Of a stretch of 64,000 nt of DNA, positions 57,511 through 64,000 are shown in pieces. Source of the stretch: Naegleria gruberi (taxonomy: Eukaryota); NCBI GenBank assembly GCA_000004985.1, contig GG738854.1; one strand, 5' to 3'. The position numbers were made by a program, and so were the translations under genes. The first letter of the stretch is position 1. Each line of letters begins with the position of its first letter. The notes beneath the pieces are model-generated. The model was not told the DNA's origin. It did not search any database and saw only the letters and a program-made list of their open reading frames with translations.

Positions 57511-58668
57511 ATGTCTCAACTGGATGATGCTGAACCACTCCCTTCCCTTGTGATTGATTTCGGAAGGGGCTATATTAAATATAATTCCACATTTTCAGAT
57601 AATATTCCATCCTCTAATTCTTCCTCTGTTGTTTGTAATGAAACTAGGAATGTTATTGCAATACAAAAAGGAAATCCCGATGAGGAAGTAAAATATATGA
57701 TTGATATTGATTTGAGAAAAGGTCATCGTTATGCAAAGGTTTTTTATCCAATGAAGGAGGGGCATATTAAGGATTGGAATGTGTTTGAAAAGATGATTGA
57801 TTGTTTGTCGAGAGATTCAAGGGTTTATATGGCAGAGACAAATACATTGATGGGCTTTGGACCTCACATGACAGAGAATGAAATGGTTAAGGTGGCCAGT
57901 GTAATGTTTGAGAATTTTAACACTCCAGAATTTGGATTAGTGTTGGATGATTGTATGGCAGCAGTTGGATCTGATACAATTTATGGAACCATGTTGGATT
58001 GTGGATATTCCTCAACAAGAGCAGTTCCAATATTTGATGGAGTTCCTTTGATGGAGTCAATTACTGAACTGAATTTTGGAGGTAACAATTTGATAATGCA
58101 TTTCCTTGATTTATTAAAACAGAGTGCATTATACACTATTAATGCAGATTACATTGGGGATAGAGAATATTTTGGACCATATTGTTTGGAACGAAACGGT
58201 TACGTGCCACTAGATTTTGAAAAGGAGCTGAAGAAAGTAAAAATCAACAAGATCGAGGATTTACCTGATCTCAGATCAGCCCCTCTCAATAATTCTGTAT
58301 TCATATGTACGCAAGCTCTTTTTGATCCTTCACTGGTTGGCTTGGAAGACCCAAGTATGCACAATTTGATTATGCAGTCAATTTCCAAGTGTGATGAGCA
58401 AAAACAAGCAGCTCTATCAAATGTTGTTCCATGTGGTGGTATGTCCAATTTGAAAGGTTTATTAGCAAGATTGGACAAGGAGCTTAAAATTGTTTCAAAA
58501 GATAGCTCCTTCGTTCCTACTCTTTCAGAAATGAAAAACAGAACCAAACTCCCATTTATTGGAGGGTCTATTATTGTAAATTCTAGGACATTATTTGACA
58601 AATTTTCTGTAAAACTTGAAGATTACAATGAATATGGTGAATCCATTGTAAAAAGAAAATTTCTATAA
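57511..58668 (+). CDS. Actin-related protein (Arp family, divergent)
   Basis: ATG at 57511 (the track start at 57409 is TTG). Actin-fold phosphate-1 region LVIDFGRGYIKY and LVLDDCMAAVGS...LDCGYSSTRAVPIFDG. Length is ~385 aa. Subfamily not resolved. Confidence 0.65.
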   Translation: MSQLDDAEPLPSLVIDFGRGYIKYNSTFSDNIPSSNSSSVVCNETRNVIAIQKGNPDEEVKYMIDIDLRKGHRYAKVFYPMKEGHIKDWNVFEKMIDCLSRDSRVYMAETNTLMGFGPHMTENEMVKVASVMFENFNTPEFGLVLDDCMAAVGSDTIYGTMLDCGYSSTRAVPIFDGVPLMESITELNFGGNNLIMHFLDLLKQSALYTINADYIGDREYFGPYCLERNGYVPLDFEKELKKVKINKIEDLPDLRSAPLNNSVFICTQALFDPSLVGLEDPSMHNLIMQSISKCDEQKQAALSNVVPCGGMSNLKGLLARLDKELKIVSKDSSFVPTLSEMKNRTKLPFIGGSIIVNSRTLFDKFSVKLEDYNEYGESIVKRKFL

Positions 58669-58698
58669 ATTTAGATAAACTCAATCCACCAATATTTC

Positions 58699-59959
58699 CT
58701 AATCTATTTTGTTCACTTTTAGAGAGTCATCATTGTAAAACTTTAAAATAACTAGAATATCAAACAATAGCAATGACACACAACCAGAAAAACCAAGTGG
58801 ACCTACCATCAGTGGTGAATACCACTTTCTTTCAGTTTCCAAGAAAAGAAATGGTAGAAATCTTCCCAACCCATTGAATAATCCATGCAGTATACCTGGA
58901 ATTATTCCACAATATTTCATTTTGGACCTCTCTGCAAAATAACAAAGGAGTGGGGAAAGAAGCATACATCCCAGTGTCATTGCAATGATTCCAATTTTCC
59001 CATTTTCCTTTCCATAGTTGTGTCCCATTAGAATCATTGGACTATGCCAAATTCCATGTATAAATCCAATTAGAAGAGATTTTCTAATGAAATCAATTGT
59101 CCTTTCCATCTTGGATTGATTCTCTTGCGGATAGTAGAGTCTCTTCCAAAGAAATTCTCTCCATCCCTTCTCTTCTCCATATCCAAACAAACCGTTAATC
59201 CCAATTACTGAAAAGGTCTGTAAAATAGTAATTGAAATAAGTGGAATAGTGTTAACCCCATCAAGATTATCAAATAGATCGTTCAGTTGATTTCTTTGAC
59301 TTTCGTCTGGTCCAAATCCTTCAGCCATTTCTTTCACATATTCTCTAAAGTAATTAGATGTTGAACTGAATTGAAAACCTGGTGTAATCTTATAATAGTA
59401 ATAAATTAATTATCATAAATCTCTTTTAACTTACTGTAAATCCAATGAGTGATGAACACATAGGTAGTACAGTAAATGTCAATATTCCAATCCAAAAGGT
59501 TGAATTCATTAACAAATTCATCATAAAATTCTTGATGGAAATCAACCAATTCCACATCCTATTCAGCAGTGTTATCTTTGATTCCAATACTCTTCCGCAA
59601 TTATCATCATCATTCATTGTAGTATTATAATTAGTAGTAGTAAGAAGTTCTTCATCCTTTCTTTCAATCCAATAGGCAGTCACTCCTGGCACCATCATAC
59701 AAATAGCAAAGGCAATTAATTTTACAATTTCAAATGTATAATGATGATCCGATAGTAATAATAAATCACCACTCATTTGTAATATTGAAGTGATGAAATA
59801 GGTTACGGAAAATGTTCGGCATGTGAATTTTACTATTTGTTGTTGATGGTGGTATTGTTGTTGTTCTATAAAGAAGTAGTTGTGATGGTTAATAAACCAC
59901 TCGGAAAGTAAACTCAAGCCAAAACAAGCATACACCAGTGGGTTGGATAATTCAATCAT
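58699..59959 (-). CDS. CPBP-family intramembrane metalloprotease (type II CAAX prenyl protease/Rce1-like), 2 exons
   Basis: ATG at 59959. Exon 1 ends ...LIGFT at a GTAAGT donor. The ~46-nt intron ends ATAAG. Exon 2 begins ITPGFQFSS... The protein carries EEKGWREF (EExxxR), FIHGIWH (FxxxH) and HNYGKEN (HxxxN-like) motifs in a multi-TM context. Confidence 0.6.
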
Positions 59960-60257
59960 TTTTTATTTATTGTAAGAAATTATAATAGTGTAATAGTGTA
60001 AATAATGCATAATTTCTTAATCAGTAAATTCAAATATTCATAATGCATATTTTCTGATCTTGTTGCAATTAAAATTTATAACAAAACACATTGAAATTAA
60101 CAATGTACTTGTGGATTTGTATCAAAATATATTGAGTTACAAGTGGCCCTTTTTTTCAATATAGCAAATGGAGGAGGTTATGAACTCAAGAGGAATGTGT
60201 TTGTAAAACAATTATTGTAATCTTGAACTCGATCAAATAGAGTTTCATTAAAAAAAA

Positions 60258-61554
60258 ATGTGTCTACTACTTGAGGGGTCACTTTTTCTCCGAGAAAATA
60301 AATTAGATAGGAATACAATTATGTATATTTTCGAGTTTTTATCGCACAATGAAGTGACATCATTATCATCATTAATTTTCTCAGGATCTGAAGAAATTGT
60401 CAACGAATTTTACAATGAAACTCTAATTGATCATTTGAAATTTGGTAAATGTTTGGTAATTTATTCGTGGGATAATAAATTTTGGAAAGAAGAAATGGTG
60501 AAAATTAGTAGCCGATTCAATATTGCTATGAATACAGTTATGGAACTGGTTTCACTTTCTAACAAAATGGAAGAAATTAATTTTGAAGAAAATTGTAATT
60601 ATAGAGCATTCTTTGTGCAGCAAATTTGGAACAGAATTGATATGAAACATTGGAAATTTATTCAACACAAGAGATTTCTTCGGAAAATTTATCTTCTTTC
60701 AATTCCTTTGAAAATTAGTGAAATTGCGCAACGAAATGTCAAATTTACAAATGAGGAATGTGAAGTCATGATTAGGAAGAGATTGGAACATGAGCTTTTT
60801 ATAGAAGAGTCACATTTAGAGCGAATGATTTCTAATAAGGAGAGAATACTAACAAAATATATCTATTTGAAATGGGTTTCGGTTGGATCTTCTGAAGTTG
60901 GAAAAACGAGTATATTTATTAAGGCGGTCATTGATAAATTCTTTGAATATCCAGTGAGAGTAATGCATGGTTCTCATAAGTATGTGTATGTACCAACCAG
61001 GCAAGAACTGATGTTGGATAGTAGAAGTTATTGTGAGATTAGTTATTGGGATACAGGTTAGTTCAATATTAATATCAAGTTTCTAACTTTCACTAGTTGG
61101 TTCTGATGAATTTGATGAATCTCGACCTCAATCTTATCATGGAACAGATGTGGTGTTTACCATGACCTATTCAATAACGGATTTCTCAACACTTGAAGAA
61201 ATTGCTGAAAAATTCATGTGGGAATGCACTCAATCCTCTCCTAAAAGTGCATTTATACTAGTTTCAACAAAAAATGATCTAAGGGACGCTTATTACTGGG
61301 CTAGTTTATTCGATTCTTCCATTGAGGAACCGATTTCAGAAGAAGATGGAATTGAATTTGCAAAATCAATAGGAGCAATTTCACACATTGCAACAAGTTC
61401 GAAAACAGGCAAGGGAGTTAAAAACATTGAAAGGAAACTCTTCTTACTTTACCATTTTTATTTGAATTTTAAACAAAGAAACGAAGTCCAAACCAAATCA
61501 AATTGGGAATCCTCAAGAACAAGGTTTGATTTTTCAGTAATGCACCATCCTTAA
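60258..61554 (+). CDS. Atypical Rho-like small GTPase with ~190-aa N-terminal extension, no CAAX, 2 exons
   Basis: ATG at 60258. Exon 1 ends W-D-T-(G) at 61056. A GTTAGT...CACTAG intron spans 61057-61096 (TCTAAC branch). Exon 2 reads VGSDEFDESRPQSYHGTDVVF... G1 GSSEVGKTS, G2 YVPT, G3 WDTVGSD (Ala and Gln replaced), G4 TKND, G5 SSK. Ends ...SVMHHP without a prenylation box. Confidence 0.65.
61057..61096 (+). other. Spliceosomal intron (40 nt) in the Rho-like GTPase gene
   Basis: Donor G|GTTAGT, branch TCTAAC, acceptor CACTAG|. Joins WDT-(G/V)GSDEF across the conserved Rho switch II. Confidence 0.7.
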
Positions 61555-61602
61555 TAAAATGCACGTGTTGAGAAAGAACAGTATGTAAAAATAATTGATT
61601 AT

Positions 61603-62997
61603 TTATTTCTTCTTCAAACCTTCAGAGAAAGCATTGACCATGGCAACCTTCTTCTTGTTATGATAAGTTTGTTGAGTTGAACTGCTTTCAGCAGCAGAAG
61701 ATCTTTGTTGCATGTTAGCAGACCAATAGTTATTCATCATCTTACTACCAACATTTGAATAGACAGTTCTGTCAACCATATTATTGTTACAATCATTCAA
61801 ATCCTTAATTAAACCTAAACAGAATTCATCATTGGCACTAACAGAAGCCTTAACCTTTTCAATAGCTTGAGTTAACAAATTTCTTGCTTGTTCTAACTTG
61901 TTTTGATCAGCCAAATTCTTAGCTTGTTCCAAAGCTTCACCAGATTCAACTCTGTTTCTTTGTACATCCAATTGATAATTGGCATCCTTCTTATTTGGTT
62001 CAACAGTTGTATTTCTATGAATGATAATTTCAAATCCAACTGCTTCATTTTCAGTATCTACAATATTGAAATAGAAGAGTGAAACCTTTGCAAGTTCTTG
62101 ATCAAGGAGTGGACCATTGAGAGCAGGAACTGATAACACAAAGACAACATCCTTCTTTTCCTCGGAATAAATATCACCAACATTAACCTCGCATCCTAAA
62201 CCATTTGGTAAATCTTCTTTTCTATAAGTTGTGAAAACCTTCTTCAATTTAACATTAGCATTTGGTTCAATTTTAACTTTGATATTTTGACCAACAACTG
62301 AAATCAAACCACCAATAACGTTACCAAATGCCTTTGGAATGTCATCAGTTGTTTGAAGGAAGTAATATAAACCATTACCAGCTTGAGAAATTGAAGTTAA
62401 CATATTAGCATCTGTATCAGTACCAAATCCAAATGTGAAAACTGTCAGGTTAGTTCTAATTTCTTCATGAATCATTGTTGTCATCTTTTTAACAATTTCA
62501 TTAGTATTTGTAATACCTTCATTAGCTAAACCATCAGTAAATAATAGAAGAGAAGTAACTTCATTGGCATTTGTTCTTTGACCAATAAGTCTCAAACCTT
62601 CAAATAAAGCACCAGATAAATTTGTACAACTTCCTGCTCTGATATTGGAAACAACTTGTTTGGCCTTTGATCTACCACTTTCGTTCATATTAGTAAATTG
62701 AAGGCTAGTTGAAATATTACTATCAAATTCAACGAGAGCAATTCTATCGGTTGGCTTTAATTGATCAAACATGAATGCTAATGTTGATTTGACCATTTCA
62801 ATTTTACTGCCTGCCATTGATCCTGATTTGTCAACTACACAAATAAGATCAATTCCCTTTCTTTCTTTTCTTTCATCGGCTTCAAATTCTGGAGCCTGTA
62901 ACGTTGCCATACAATATAAATCTGTTTCCTTTTGATATGGTAAATTGATGTATTCACAATTACCAGTAAAGACAATTTTAGTATTGGAAGAAGACAT
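61603..62997 (-). CDS. von Willebrand factor type A (vWA) domain protein
   Basis: ATG at 62997. The MIDAS-type motif DLICVVDKSGSM (DxSxS) and downstream T/D ligands are present. Intron-less 464-aa ORF. Confidence 0.7.
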   Translation of the reverse strand: MSSSNTKIVFTGNCEYINLPYQKETDLYCMATLQAPEFEADERKERKGIDLICVVDKSGSMAGSKIEMVKSTLAFMFDQLKPTDRIALVEFDSNISTSLQFTNMNESGRSKAKQVVSNIRAGSCTNLSGALFEGLRLIGQRTNANEVTSLLLFTDGLANEGITNTNEIVKKMTTMIHEEIRTNLTVFTFGFGTDTDANMLTSISQAGNGLYYFLQTTDDIPKAFGNVIGGLISVVGQNIKVKIEPNANVKLKKVFTTYRKEDLPNGLGCEVNVGDIYSEEKKDVVFVLSVPALNGPLLDQELAKVSLFYFNIVDTENEAVGFEIIIHRNTTVEPNKKDANYQLDVQRNRVESGEALEQAKNLADQNKLEQARNLLTQAIEKVKASVSANDEFCLGLIKDLNDCNNNMVDRTVYSNVGSKMMNNYWSANMQQRSSAAESSSTQQTYHNKKKVAMVNAFSEGLKKK

Positions 62998-63669
62998 TTT
63001 GTTGTTAATAATTTACACGAGTGATTCTATTGATCAATAAGTTTGATTTTTTTTATGTTTTATTTGTTCCAAACGAAGTTAGGGCTATTTATAAGATGTT
63101 GCTCATTTCCCGTTAGCAGAACAAGGAACTATGAATTCTTTGAAGGTGAACTTTTATGTATGAGTTCACTGTGGGAATGATAACGAGGTTACACTTTTTC
63201 ACAGCATCATTCTATACACGTCAGCTGAGATAAGATAAAATCAAGCATCCGATACACCCCACCAATATCTATCTGAATTTAAAATCTTGAAGTTTATTTG
63301 ATGAAAAAATATTCAACAAAAATCCTTTGTGACCAAATGTGATTTTTGGAGTGGTTTCACGTCATGAAAGCACCAAACTTTCACATCATCATCTCAACAT
63401 CATCTATATAGTATTAAAAATAGTAATTTTTATTGGTGGATTACCATCATGAAATTGGAAGTTATCTTTCGTGATGGAAAAATTTAGAAAAATTAAAGTT
63501 GATTTACTATCATGTTGTCCATCAATGTAGTGATAGTAAATTTGTGGATAATTAATTTTTAGTAATTGGTGATTACATTTGAATCTACAGTCGGAAAACT
63601 GTAATGTAAGAAATGGTAACTGGTAGGATAAGAAGGTACATAGCATGATAGCCACCTCAGAATGTAATG

Positions 63670-63742
63670 GGGATGTAGCTCACATGGTAGAGCGCTTCTT
63701 TAGCATGGAAGAGGTACGGGGATCGATACCCCGCATCTCCAC
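63670..63742 (+). tRNA. tRNA-Ala (AGC)
   Basis: 73-nt cloverleaf: acceptor GGGGATG/CATCTCC with the G3:U70 alanine identity pair, D-arm GCTC...GAGC, anticodon stem CTTCT/GGAAG with loop TTAGCAT (anticodon AGC), T-stem CGGGG/CCCCG with loop ATCGATA. Oligo-T (TTTTTT) follows ~12 nt downstream. Confidence 0.9.
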
Positions 63743-64000
63743 TCTATACTTTTTTGCTTAAAAAAATAATGCATTGTTGCTATAGGATCATTCTTAGTTG
63801 TTACTAGTTCACCATTTTGTAATTGTATAATTTATTTGATTAATGACAACAAAAAATGAAACAACTCTTCATCTCGTTGCTTCTATTAATTATTGTTGAC
63901 TTTTCACATAGTTATCCTCCTTCAATCACAACACAATCATCTCTGCCTCCCACATCGCCATCATCATCAGGATTTAATTTGATTCTTTATGTTCAACCTG

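Noticed and set aside
1-64000. Ciliate-type alternative nuclear genetic code (TAA/TAG as Gln), considered because of very short introns and AT-richness
   Set aside because: Conserved proteins terminate at TAA/TAG at the expected length: cystathionine gamma-lyase is 397 aa versus 394 in yeast, and the mitochondrial carrier and ABC NBD also end normally. Internal TAA/TAG are absent from verified exons.
1-64000. Prokaryotic, phage or giant-virus origin, and any CRISPR or defence-system content
   Set aside because: Canonical spliceosomal introns in at least 12 genes, eukaryotic initiator tRNA features, Pol III oligo-T terminators, and eukaryote-specific genes (TAF12, CDC123, calpain, RasGEF). 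There are no direct-repeat/spacer arrays and no restriction, Cas or abortive-infection homologues.

Overview
The window is a gene-dense, AT-rich (about 30-35% GC) eukaryotic nuclear locus. It is not prokaryotic: at least a dozen genes are interrupted by short (roughly 40-100 nt) spliceosomal introns with GTAAGT/GTATGT/GTTAGT donors, (Y)AG acceptors and CTAAC-like branch sites. Conserved genes (cystathionine gamma-lyase, mitochondrial carrier, ABC half-transporter) end at TAA/TAG/TGA, so the standard genetic code applies. I find about 35 protein-coding genes on both strands and two Pol III tRNA genes (initiator tRNA-Met, tRNA-Ala AGC). I find no rRNA, no transposase/RT/integrase-type mobile element, and no CRISPR or prokaryotic defence system. 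The ORF track labels alternative initiators (TTG/GTG) as M and breaks genes at introns, so I rejoined exons by reading splice sites; joined coordinates may be off by a few nt. The lineage cannot be pinned from sequence. Codon usage is yeast-like (TTG, AGA, CCA, GGT, GCT), but the intron density, a domain III-bearing calpain, a TKL-type receptor kinase, a RasGEF with several small GTPases, vWA/EGF/LamG proteins and a 7TM-RGS-like receptor point to an early-diverging fungus or amoebozoan-like protist rather than a Saccharomycotina yeast. The items most worth follow-up are a secreted, extremely basic cysteine-periodic 9-residue tandem-repeat protein, a two-TM receptor-like kinase with a ~900-aa ectodomain, a bacterial-type GlpC/GlcF-like Fe-S oxidoreductase with a mitochondrial-like presequence (possible HGT), a 7TM receptor with an RGS-like tail, an atypical Rho-like GTPase fused to an N-terminal domain, and a truncated DEAD-box-like P-loop protein.
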